From NCBI RefSeq assembly GCF_006345805.1, contig NC_043019.1:6695360-6759359 (forward strand): 64,000 nucleotides of DNA. Direction: 5' to 3'. The notes beneath the pieces are model-generated. The model searched no databases. It was not told the origin of the DNA and worked only from the letters and a program-made list of their open reading frames with translations. This DNA comes from Octopus sinensis (Eukaryota). The position numbers and the translations under genes were made by a program. This document shows, in pieces, positions 50,529 through 64,000 of the stretch (positions are counted from its first letter, which is position 1; every line of letters starts with the position of its first letter).

Positions 50529-51182
50529 TATAGGTGTAGGGATGATATGTATGTATGTATATATAGATAATGTGTGTGTGCGTATATATATGTATCTATG
50601 TATTATATATATACCACATATATATATGTACATATTCATATACATACATATATATATATTCATAACATACATTATATTATTATATATATATATATATATA
50701 TATTAATATATATATATATATACATAATACATACATATATACATATATATTTATTTCTTCATATCTATCTTTATCTCTATGTATGTATGTACGTATATAT
50801 GTATATATCTATCTATATCTCTGTTTGTGTGTATATATATATATATTATGTGTGTGTGTTTGCATGGATACATGGCTAGGAAGGTTAACAGGCCGCTGTG
50901 TCTGTTTTGGCAGGTTTTTTTACGGCTGGATACCCTTCATAACATCTATAACAGACATCAATAGGACGTGCACATGGAGTGTATCAGAGAAAATCTTTGA
51001 CAATTCGACCATACCTCTTCGTCGGAAAGGAATAAAGGGAAATGGGAAACGTCCAAAGAAGGAAAAATATCATCGACAGCACGAATTTAGCTACGTATAT
51101 ATGTATGCATGTATGCATGCATGTATGTATGTATGTATGTATGTATGTATGTATGTATGTATGTATGTATGTATGTATGTAT

Positions 51183-51400
51183 GTAGTAAATCCATAAAAT
51201 AAGAATAACATGCACCACAAACAACAGCGTGAGGGCATGGTACATGTAAAGTAATAGCAGACGCTCAGGTAAGGAAAGAAAGATCGTTTAACGTTTCGAG
51301 CAGACGCTCTTCTTCAGAAACAGAGGAAAGTCCAATAGAAATGGATGACGGAGGAAGAAAATCGCCAACGATTTACATGTGGTTACATTTTAGGTGTGTA
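51183..51400 (-). mobile_element. Short Penelope-like element end, family B2, abutting (ATGT)n
   Basis: Same order as family B: pyrimidine leader, GAGC-nnnn-GCTC hammerhead, cctgagcg, tail, microsatellite. Confidence 0.7.
51285..51322 (-). ncRNA. Minimal type I hammerhead ribozyme, canonical core, GUU triplet
   Basis: Minus strand: TGTTT-CTGAAGA-A-GAGC gtct GCTC-GAAA-C-GT-T-AAACG. All core bases are present, with stem I 5 bp (one U.G), stem II 4 bp and an ACGT palindrome. Confidence 0.85.
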
Positions 51401-51440
51401 TGTTTGCACGTCTGTGCCTGTATGTGTATGTGGCGGTATA

Positions 51441-52100
51441 CATGAGGTGTGTTCAAAATGTATGCGACTTTATATTTTCCCGCCAAAATTAATTAATGCC
51501 CGTTATGGAATGTGATGCTCCCCTTCCTCTTACACGCACGGAAATCTTTGCGTTCCCGTCTGTTACGCTCAGAGGTTAGACGTGTGATACCCGCTTTGTC
51601 GGATTTTCATTTTAGCTGAATGCACAGTGAAAAGAAACTGTATCGTGTTTTGCCAAAAGCCGGGTCATGCTCAAGAGGAAGCTAACTAGAAAATTGGGAA
51701 GGGTTTTGGAGATGATGCAACGAGCAAGTGGACGCGCGTGGCTTAGTGGTTAGGATGCTGCACTCATGATCGTAAGAGCGTTGTTTCGATTCCTGGACCG
51801 GGTGACGCGTTCTGTTCTTTAGCAAAACCCTTCACTTCACGTTGCTCCAATACCCTCACCTGGCAAAAATGACTATTTTTGCGACGGACCCGCGTCCCCT
51901 CCATGCGAAGAATATATATGCCATGAAACCGGGAAACCGGCCCTTAAGAGCTTGGCATGGCTGAAGAAGGAAACTCATTCTTTTTTTCTTCTGCAATGAG
52001 CAAAACTGAGGTCAAGAACTGACATAAACCCTTCTAACATGGCCGCATCGCAATGGAGATCAAGGCGGACTCAAGCAGATCATACACAAGCCGAAACAAG
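51441..52100 (+). mobile_element. Mariner transposon 5' fossil (TIR plus HTH region), interrupted by a SINE
   Basis: ta-catgaggtgtgttcaaaa TIR-like start. Translation NCIVFCQKPGHAQEEAN*KIGKGFGDDA[SINE]MSKTEVKN*HKPF*HGR resembles mariner IKFC.KLG.S..ET...IQ.AFGDDAMS.TQV..W..RFK.GR. Confidence 0.85.
51728..51991 (+). mobile_element. SINE family S4 with 12-bp TSD
   Basis: TSD tgcaa(c/t)gagcaa at 51716-51727 and 51992-52003. Head gcgcgtggcttagtggttagg..gtttcgattcc. Confidence 0.92.
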
Positions 52101-52109
52101 TAGCAAACC

Positions 52110-52270
52110 TCTAGGAAAAACGCTTAGCAGTATTTCGTTAGTCTCCACGTTATGAGTTCAAATGCTGTCGAAGTCGACTTTGACTTTAATCCTTCTGGGC
52201 TTATAGAATGACTATGAATTGAATACTGAGCGTGATATAATCGATTTACACCCACGCTTGATTTTCCTGG
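52110..52270 (+). mobile_element. SINE family S1 (5'-truncated)
   Basis: aacgcttagcagtatttcgt..gagttcaaatgctgtcgaagtcgactttgac. Confidence 0.75.
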
Positions 52271-52392
52271 ACTTTTACAGAAATTTGGAACCAAAATTAT
52301 TTATGCTTTTTTTGTAGATATTTTCTCACCTTCATAATGTCTGACTGAGAATAATGCTGAAAAATATTCTCATATTTAAATATACATTGTTT

Positions 52393-52423
<31 letters not shown>

Positions 52424-52538
52424 ATAATAAAAAAAATTATTACCTTTGTATGGTGTTTTTCCCCATGCTGGCCACTTGATAATATCGATATTTAAATATC
52501 GATGTTATCCTTATTTATAAATATATATAATTCATCAC

Positions 52539-52573
<35 letters not shown>

Positions 52574-53141
52574 ATGTATATTTATGCATCTATCTCCGTC
52601 TCCAAATATATTTATTTTCTGCAATGTGAACCAACGCCTACGGTGCTGCGGCGATAAAGCTGAACACGGCGATTCGATAAACCAGAGAGCGATAAAATAT
52701 TTAAGATAATTGAAAAAAAGCTAGTCGCGTTGATATGATGGACTAAGTACTTACGCAGCAACACGTCGATACCTCTGCAAAGCCAACGTGAAAAGAATGA
52801 AACTGCTAAGAAAATAAAACAATATCCAAACAATCCTACAAAAGATGTGTGTCTAACAACCTATTTTTATGGAGACTGGCTTCTTCCACACTTGTGTTCA
52901 TTGTGGCATCGCCTTTTATAAGCATCTTTCTAAATCAAACCGGATGGTGATAGATGTGTTTGTAGGACAACGTTAAATGATGTATACCAGAATTGGCAAA
53001 AGACTGGAAACATTCTTACATAAACTGCATCGAAAATTCAATAGGGAATTTGGCAGAAAATTAGGTTACGGTAATTGGAAAAAAGCAAAACGTGGAGAGT
53101 ACAGTGTTTGCTTGTGGAACACATACACTAACATACATACA

Positions 53142-53174
<33 letters not shown>

Positions 53175-53367
53175 GTGCGCACGTGTGTATATATACATAC
53201 CAGTGAGTGTGTGTGTGTTTGTGTGTGCGTGTATATGTATGCATGTACGCCTGAGTGTATGCATATATGTATGTGTAAACGTATACAATTTTACATGTGT
53301 TTTTGTGCGTATACGTGTGTGTTTAAGTTGTTAGATAACTAGATCCATAAATATAATAACGTATATA

Positions 53368-53401
<34 letters not shown>

Positions 53402-53474
53402 CATATATATAGATACATACATACTCACATACAGATTCTTGCAAACCAAATCCCAAAACGAGGTATAACATACA

Positions 53475-53510
<36 letters not shown>

Positions 53511-53984
53511 TATAGATATGTATGTGTGTGTGTATCGATGTATGTATGTATGTATGTATGTGTGTCTATGTATGCATGTATGCATGCTGCATGTATGTAT
53601 GTATGTATGTGTATGTATATGCAAGCATGTACATAACAAGTAATTTTGCGAGATAAAGGAAATTACATACAAGAAATCTATGAAGGATTGACAGAGAAGC
53701 CTTTTGCCAAGCAAATAAATAAACCGGACATCGCACAATAAATGCAAAAAGAAAAGAATTATTATAGATGCGCTTATTTATTGCATAATATTGCACGAAC
53801 AAATTTTATTCTGCTGAAATGGGTGATAAATTAATTTATCGAAAAACACAAAAGTAGACAAGAAAAATAATCGTATAACATCTTCAATAAGTCGCCACAG
53901 TAATTAGCCATACCAAAAGTGCAGCTAGAAACGAGATGGAACTTCAGACATAACTAGTATATGTGAACAAGAAGCTGGGAAGAT

Positions 53985-54140
53985 GGTTGTGTGGTTAGAA
54001 AAGCGGATAAGATCCCTACTGGCATTTCGTCCGTCGTTACGTTCTGATTCGAAATGTCACCGAGGTCGATAGAGCAAGAACAACTTTAGTATTGAGATGC
54101 ATATAATTGCCTGGTCCCCTCCCCTTCACTTGCAGACCTT
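53985..54140 (+). mobile_element. SINE family S1 (diverged)
   Basis: ggcatttcgtccgtcgttacgttctga..caccgaggtcga..ccccctcccc..gaccttgtg. Confidence 0.7.
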
Positions 54141-54174
54141 GTGTTTGATCAGTCGATTTGCTAAACATAATAGC

Positions 54175-54330
54175 TAAATAGCTTTGTGATAAGAAGTTTG
54201 TTTCTTTGCCACACGGTTTCGGATTCGACCCCGGAAACTGTGTGGAAGTAAACTTGCGCAAGTGTATTCTACAGCTTTGGGCTGGCCAAAGACTTATGAG
54301 GGGATTTCGTATGCGGAAACTGAAAGAAGT
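54175..54330 (+). mobile_element. SINE family S2, 5' part
   Basis: gtgataagaagtttgtttc..gcaagtgtattctac..gccaaagacttatgag..cggaaactgaaagaag. Confidence 0.75.
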
Positions 54331-54357
54331 CTATCAGTTTTTTTATTCTTGTATTTT

Positions 54358-54672
54358 TTCCTTCTTTCAGTCATTTGACTGCGGCCATGCAGGAGAACCG
54401 CCTTTTTTAGTGAAGTAATCGATCCCAGAAATTATTCTTTCTTCGCTTAGTACGTATTCTATCGATTACTTTTGCCGAACCGCTACGTTATGGGAGCGTA
54501 ATCACACCAGCATCAGTTGTCAAGTGATGGTGGGCAGAAGGGACAAGCACAGATACAAAGACATATAAATATACGCTATAGTAGAAGACTGTTGACCAAG
54601 GTGCCACGTAGTGGGACTGAACTCGGAACAATGTGGCTGGGATGCAAGATTCTTACCACACAATAGAGCCTG
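54358..54672 (-). mobile_element. SINE family S2, near full length
   Basis: ctttcagtcatttgactgcggccatgc..gccgaaccgct..gctatagtagaagac..ccaaggtgccacgtagtgggactgaac..cttaccacac. Confidence 0.9.
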
Positions 54673-54989
54673 TATATCTTTGCACGCCGCTATTGTTTCC
54701 CTGCTGGAGTTGGTTTATCTAAGTGCCCATAACTTGGCGCTTTTGGCACAAGGGGCCGTCCATAAATAAGTCCTGAGATTGATTTGTTCGACTGAATCCT
54801 CCGAGGTAGTGACCCAGGACGGCCGCAGTCCACTGACTACAAACCAGTAAAATGTAGAAGATATCAAAAGCAAACTTCTTTACTTAGAAAAGCACGCAAT
54901 GTATGGTGTCTAGAATATGCAGGACTACAACCAAGGAAACGTTATGCATATATAGATTTCATTTCTGTTCCTAGATCCACCTACGTTGC

Positions 54990-55335
54990 CTATGCCTTTC
55001 ATAATTTCGGGGTCGATGAAGTAAGTACCAGTTACTCAATGGGGTTGATATAATCGACGAGTCCCCTCTTCGAGGTTTCAGGCCCTGTGCCTTTAGTAGA
55101 AAGTATTATTGTTTATAGACCTGATAGCGGCGGGCTAGCAGAATCCTGAGCGTGTCGGGGTAAAACTTTTTAGCGGCATTTCGTCCGTCTAAGTAGAAAT
55201 TCCGCCGAGGTAGACTTTACTTGCATCTTTTCGGAGTCGATGAAATAAGTAACTCAGTAAAATCAGAAAAATCACTCGGGTCGATTGAGCGACTTATCCC
55301 CGAAATCACTGGCCTTGCTTCAAACTTTGAAAACA
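54990..55335 (+). mobile_element. Two head-to-tail S1 SINE copies
   Basis: gcctttcat..ttcggggtcgat..ggccctgtgcctttagtagaaag attatt, followed by gcggcgggctagcagaatc..ccgccgaggtagactt..ggccttgc. Confidence 0.85.
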
Positions 55336-55982
55336 TTGTTGTTCATACATCTGGGTTGATTTGGACAATAGCAACAACATGAACAATAAAATTGAGAGGA
55401 ATTATATATGTAAAATGATTCTACATTTATCTGAAAGGAAAATAAAATTTTGTTTTTAAAAATAGTAATTGAAAACTTAAGAAAAAAAACAAAAAAAACA
55501 AATAATTTGTAAGTGGGAAAAAAATAGAAAATAAAGCGTGACTATAGAATGCCAAAGGGCTTCGCAATATATTGAGATATTATAAAACAAAATTTAGTAA
55601 CACGAAAGTGGATAGAGAAAAAAAAGATTGATATTAGTTAATAAAGTCATGGCTCCAAGCTGAGTCCAAAATTTTCGTGGATGCAAAAAGAGAAAGAATT
55701 TTAAAAATTATAAACGAACAAATATATTTCCTTCGTATTCTGTCTCATGATCAGAAACGTGAAATTCCAATAACTAAATGGTTGCTGTCTATTGTTATAT
55801 TCTTATATATCGCATAACATAAATCTCTTGACGTTGATTATAGAGTTATCCTACGCCATATCGTTGTTCACTTATCGTGGTCTGATATTTAAGCTTACGT
55901 CGATTCCTTTGTGGTGTTGTTTTGCATTTATAATAAAATAATTATATAAATTATAAAAATAATTTTAAAAATATGTACAATA

Positions 55983-56064
55983 CAGTACTGTTTCTACTTC
56001 GCGGATTTTCACCTATCGCGGTGGCGTTTAGAACGTTACACTCGCGATATTCGAGGAATTACTG
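55983..56064. mobile_element. Small pogo/Tigger-like MITE, TA-flanked
   Basis: ta-CAGTA..ttcgcgg ... cgcgatattcgaggaatTACTG-ta, with diverged TIRs. Confidence 0.5.
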
Positions 56065-56069
56065 TATAT

Positions 56070-56457
56070 TTTTTTGGAAGCACTCCGTCGGTTACGACGA
56101 CGAAGGTTCCGGTTGATCCGAATCAATGGAACAACCTGCTCATGAAATTAACGTGTAAGTGGTTGAGCACTCCACAGACACGTGTACCCTTAACGTAGTT
56201 CTCGGGGATATTCAGCGTGACACAGAGAGTGACTAGTCCGGCTCTTTGAAATACAGGTACAACAGAAACAGGAAGTAAGAGTGAGAGAAAGTTGTGGTGA
56301 AAGAGTACAGCAGAGATCACCACCATCCCCTGCTGGAGCCTCGTGGAGCTTTAGGTGTTTTCGCTCAATAAACACTCGCAACGCCCGGTCTGGGAATCAA
56401 AACCGCGATCCTATGACTGCGAGTCCGCTGCCCTAACCACTGGGCCATTGCGCATCC
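56070..56457 (-). mobile_element. Young full-length SINE family S3 with 10-bp TSD
   Basis: Highly similar to 23275-23669. TSD tactgtatat at 56060-56069 and 56458-56467. Confidence 0.95.
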
Positions 56458-56495
56458 TACTGTATATAGGTATGTGTGAAAGTGGTTGTGTGTTT

Positions 56496-56713
56496 CACAA
56501 GGAGGCGGTGAAAAGTTACTGGCTTTGGGTAAAAGACTATACAGGAAGATCAGTTAATTATGACTTTATTCAACATGTTCGCCTCAGATTCACGCATGTA
56601 TTGCAGCGTTCGTTCAATTTCTCTAAGCCCCTATAAAGGAATTCAGAAGGTTTTCATCAAACCAGGCCTTTCGAGATAACTTAAAGCCAGAAACTTTTCA
56701 GAAACCCCTCGTA
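56496..56713. mobile_element. Mariner-type MITE
   Basis: cacaaggaggcggtgaaaagttactggcttt ... aaagccagaaacttttcagaaacccctcgta. Confidence 0.82.
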
Positions 56714-57069
56714 ATTTCCTTCAATTTTACTAATTTTTATTTCCAAAGTTAATGTTTTCAGTAAAACCGTTCATTGAAATTATGTGTTGCTGTGTCTTTA
56801 ATTTTCTGTGTGTGCGTTTCGTTTGTTGTTGTGGTATATCTGGTTACTATAGCAGCCGTTTTAAATTGGAAGAAAACAGAAAGAATGTTTGTGAAGACTA
56901 ACAATTAACAGCAATTGTTCTCTCGCAGTATGGTACAGAGAGCTGGAAGCAATTCATGAGGGCCCTCTAGCGGAAATATTTCAAAAGAAATCATTTTTGT
57001 TTCTTTTTTTTTTTGCATTCGCAAGTCAACGAAACCACACTGTAGGGGCTACAAGCAGGAAGCACACCG

Positions 57070-57080
57070 GACTACTACTA

Positions 57081-57115
<35 letters not shown>

Positions 57116-57190
57116 ACTGATACTGCTGCTGCTATTACTACTACTACTAATTCAGCAACTACTACTACAGAACTGCTGCTGCAACTACTG

Positions 57191-57222
<32 letters not shown>

Positions 57223-57316
57223 GCTACTGCTGCTGCTGCTGCTACTACTGCTGCTGCTGCTACTACTACTACTACTACTACTACTACTGCTGCTACTACT
57301 GCTGCTGCTGCTGCTT

Positions 57317-57367
<51 letters not shown>

Positions 57368-57370
57368 ACT
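57070..57370. repeat. Compound (CTA)n/(CTG)n microsatellite
   Basis: Directly visible. Confidence 0.95.
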
Positions 57371-57466
57371 AGAAATAATGATAATGATAATCGTTTCTTT
57401 GTTGGCCTCAAAATAATGTAAATAAATAAGCATTGGATTTGACAGAATAATCTGTGCGGTAAAGAG

Positions 57467-57683
57467 TTAATCCTTTATGTTTTAAACAGCCAAAAATATC
57501 CTACCTGTTTTATATTCAAACTGGCCATATCCATCCTCTCACACCTACCTTACAATGCCATTCTGAAAATAAAGAATCACGCCATTGAAAACTCAAATGT
57601 ATAAGTTAATGCATGATCAATTCAAAGTCTGTGAATAAACAAGGATTAGGTTTGACAGAGTAATCTGGATGTTAGCGGGTTAA
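57467..57683. mobile_element. piggyBac-like MITE (TTAA-flanked), preceded by the 3' end of a second copy (~57412-57470)
   Basis: ttaa-tcctttatg ... ttagcggg-ttaa. The segment ataaataagcatt..tttgacagaataatctg recurs at 57420 and 57633. Confidence 0.65.
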
Positions 57684-58920
57684 GAGAGCAATCACTGTTT
57701 TCTAGCATTGATCCGGATGAAATAATTAATTGTTTTACCCACCGAAATAGAAACATAAAGATCTCTGCATAGGATTGGAAATCAGAGCTTGAAACACCGT
57801 AAATACATTGCATATAGCAAGTAGACAACCATATATAAAAAAAATTATTATCTACAACATTTGGTTGCATGGGAGTTGTATTACGAAAATGTAAAACAAT
57901 GGCACCAAAATAAAACTAAATTTTTATTTTTGTTGAATTTTGCTTTTTGCTCTGTAAAATATATCTCTGGAATCGTTCACTTTAACTAATTATGACACTC
58001 GTAGCAATTATTTTCCCAACGAAAATATATAAATATATAAAATACAAACAACAAACAACAATAGAGAAGAGAAAAAAACAAAAAAAACAGACCTCTGTAT
58101 ACATGTATTTATATATTTTATTTGTTTTGCATGTGAGTTTGTACACACACGTGTTTGTGTGTGTGTGTGTGTTAGTATACATACACATATACGTGTATGT
58201 ATATATATATATATATGTATTTATATATATACACACTCATATACATATAATTATAAATAGATACAAATATATGTATATATATATATATATGTGTATGTAT
58301 ACAAATATATATATATATATACACATACACACATTCACACACATACACGTACACACACACACATAAAGGCATACGAAGATATGAGCGATAAATTTACATA
58401 CTCATGCTTGTGTATACGTAGCGATACAGATTTTAAAACTTTTCTTTACGAGCCACGATAAACTGTCTGGAAGTAAATATCAATATATTTACTTTAAAAT
58501 GTGCAGAGCTAAAAAGATTGGAGCTACAGATATTGCTTGCTTTTCGACATTGGTAAACAACATACAGAGGCAGAACAAAAACTAAAATAAAAGAAGCGAA
58601 CCATTCTTACATTATTTAAGGTGGTTCCATTACCAAACGAACATCGCCATATTAGAGCATGTATTTTACGCATAACTGAAGCATATCAACGGGCCAAACC
58701 ATTAGGATGTCTTCCGCAATGTCATACGTTTTGCGTAATCTTGCTAAAGACGTGTCATTATGTTGAAAACGAAAGTTGAAATTTACGCAATAATTTACAT
58801 AAAAAGAGAAAAAAATATCTAGTAACGATTATGGCCACAACGGCAACTAATACTTTTATAATTCCAGGTGTTTGTTCGTTGGGTAATACAGGTATCTTCA
58901 TTTTTGTTGCAGAGTATAAT

Positions 58921-59440
58921 TCTCTCTTGTCTTGAGACAGCATTCACCCGGGGTGGGTTGAGCTGGCTTCATTCATCCTCAATGCTGCATCTCTCACAAA
59001 CGCTGACCAGGCCTGGCGATTTGAGGCTTACGACCGCGTGATCTCCAACCACTCCTTGCTCCAGCGGCGAATGCCGTAGACTTGAGGACCTATGTTGTGT
59101 TCCATATCAGCCTTGAATGTCATCAGCCAGGTTTTCCGTTGTCCACCACATCACTTTCGCCAACCCTGAATGGGAGCTGGGGCAATTGCTTCATAGATGA
59201 ATTCTCCTGGTTGACCACGGAGGGCATGACCCAGCCAACGCAGACGTCTCGTTGTATAATTGTTTAGATGTGAAGGAAGAGACATTAGCAAAATAGCTGA
59301 TGGAATAGTGAAAAATATGCAATGTTCACGACAGGTCAGAATAACGATGAGTATGAAGAGGGGGACTCGAAAGGAACGATATCATTGGACAACAGCTGTG
59401 CAGAATATTGTTTACGTGAATTATCACAGATTCGATAGAT
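58921..59440 (-). mobile_element. RTE-clade LINE 3' end fossil
   Basis: Minus strand: RRLRWLGHALRGQPGEFIYEAIAPAPIQGWRK*CGGQRKTWLMTFKADME..YGIRRWSKEWL..ASNRQAWSAFVRDA, ending in an acaag-type tail. Confidence 0.88.
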
Positions 59441-59608
59441 TTAAATGTTTCTCACTATAGTATACCACACATGTGCGACACACACACACACATACACACA
59501 CATACACATACACCCATACAACGCACGAACGCACATATATACACACGCAGGCACATACACATACAAATACACGCGCGCGCAAACACACACACACACACAC
59601 ACACACAT

Positions 59609-59640
<32 letters not shown>

Positions 59641-59734
59641 GATAACTGAAACATGTATACGTAATATAAATATGAAATTCAATACTTATATCGCCATCAT
59701 TGACCGCTAGGCACATAAGGTTCTTTTTATTATC

Positions 59735-59860
59735 TCTCTGTTGATTTTCCGGAAACGTAAAATACTTTCTCACCTTCTCACGCGTTAAACTAATACACAC
59801 TTGTTTGTTTTTTACACACCTGTCTTCGCCTTCTGGTTTTTTTTTTGCAAATTCCAACTA
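59735..59860 (+). mobile_element. Family B element, degenerate (CUGUUGA core kept, stem II lost)
   Basis: ctCTGTTGAttttccgGAAACGTAaaatac..gcgttaaactaatac..cacctgtcttcg. Confidence 0.75.
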
Positions 59861-60022
59861 TATAATTATATATATATAAACATATATATATCATATATAT
59901 CATATATATATATATATATATATATTAACCACAAAAATCCGCCATGTACTGAGGTCGAGATAGAGGAAATACGATATGGCGGGCGAATTATTTCTGTATA
60001 TATATATATATATATATATCTG

Positions 60023-60083
<61 letters not shown>

Positions 60084-60324
60084 AGAGAGAGAGGGAATTT
60101 CAAGAGTGTGTCTTGAATTTAAATTACCATCATACATGCTATACAAATTCCTGTCTGTTAAACACTATCTATCTCTGGATAGTTAGACTTTGCAGCCGTG
60201 AATATTTGCTTATCCAAACAAGCGCACACAACTCAACTAAATATGTACGTTCATGTTTGGAAATGTGTAGATTTGTGTATGTGTTGTTTGTGTGCGTATA
60301 TGTATGTGTGTATATATATATGTA

Positions 60325-60675
60325 TACGCTTCCCAACTACATGGTTCCGGGTTCAGTCCCACGGCGTGGAAGTGTCTTCTACTATAGCCTTAGACCGAAC
60401 AAAGCCTTCTAAATGGATTTGGTAGAAAGATTTGGTATATGTGTGTGTGTGTGTGAGTGTGTGAGTATGTTTGGTGTGTGTGTGTGTGTGTATTTTCCCT
60501 TCCCCCGCCAAACTGGTGTAGTTATATTTCAGTAGCTAGCGGTTCGGCAAAAGACACCAATAGAATAAGTACTATGCTTACAAAAATTAAGTCCCAGAGC
60601 CGATTTCTGCAGGTAAAACGCTCCAAGGCGGTGTTCCAGCATGGCCACAGTCAAATAACTTCAGCAAATAAAAGA
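60325..60675 (+). mobile_element. SINE family S2, near full length
   Basis: gcttcccaactacatggttccgggttcagtcccac..agcggttcggcaaaag..tagaataagtact..ggcggtgttccagcatggccacagtcaaat. Confidence 0.9.
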
Positions 60676-61008
60676 AGAGACGAAGGCAGCAATATATATG
60701 TGCGTGAGTGTATGCGTGTAAGTGTGTATATGTAACTGTGTATATATTTCTATAACTATACACTACGTATATACATACACACGTACATACATCCATCCAT
60801 ACATACTTACATACATGCATACACACTAGTATAGCTAGAAAGACAGATTCTTTAACTCATGATCGATTAATATCCGTTTATATAACTGTATAAGATTGGA
60901 TGCTTACAACCATAAACACAAGTTCATAATATGTATTGATTTGATGAGTATATTTATTACGCTTCCATATACGTATACGTGCGTGCGCATCAATATCCGT
61001 ACACACAC

Positions 61009-63700
<2,692 letters not shown>

Positions 63701-64000
63701 AGAATTCGATGTTTTTTATATGTTTATTCTACTTTAACATAATTTTTTATTTCGTTATTTCTCGATCACATGCAATAAACATAATTAGTAATAATATGAT
63801 TATTATGATATTTCTAAAATATTAAAAGAAAACAAGCGATTGTTTTTGATTTTGATGCTGGGGTGAACGTGAGGCAACGCTTTTGAATAATTCGTATGTT
63901 CACATACAAACACATACGCCTCTCTCTCTATATATATATAGACGTACGTATGTATATATGTACATATATGTTTATATATATAAATATATGTATAAATATT

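Overview
Eukaryotic, AT-rich, non-coding DNA that most resembles an octopus (coleoid cephalopod) intergenic or intronic region. The organism is inferred from the SINE and MITE families and the extreme microsatellite load; no database search was run. I find no convincing host protein-coding gene. Most ORFs in the track are microsatellite read-throughs (poly-YI, HT, CV, D, I), and the recognisable remainder are transposon fossils: a Tc1/mariner transposase pseudogene, a mariner 5' end, a Penelope-like GIY-YIG fragment, and CR1/L2-like, R4/Dong-like and RTE LINE fragments. There are four tRNA-derived SINE families (about 35 pieces, labelled S1-S4 here), several MITEs and a 100-N gap. The main signal is a high density of type I hammerhead ribozyme (HHR) motifs (CUGANGA...GAAA...NUH with pairable stems) from about eight unrelated sequence families. 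Five have canonical cores and credible folds: 13101-13143(-), 14956-15052(-), 19229-19285(+), 43955-44030(-) and 51285-51322(-). A multi-copy subfamily carries a fixed non-canonical A6U core. Four HHR loci lie in or next to inverted duplications, the largest a 531-bp fold-back with a hammerhead on each strand. Minimal hammerheads with a palindromic stem III are a known feature of Penelope-like elements, so the class is established. The specific families, the fold-back architecture and the core variants are the candidates for novelty. All folds were worked out by eye and none is tested.
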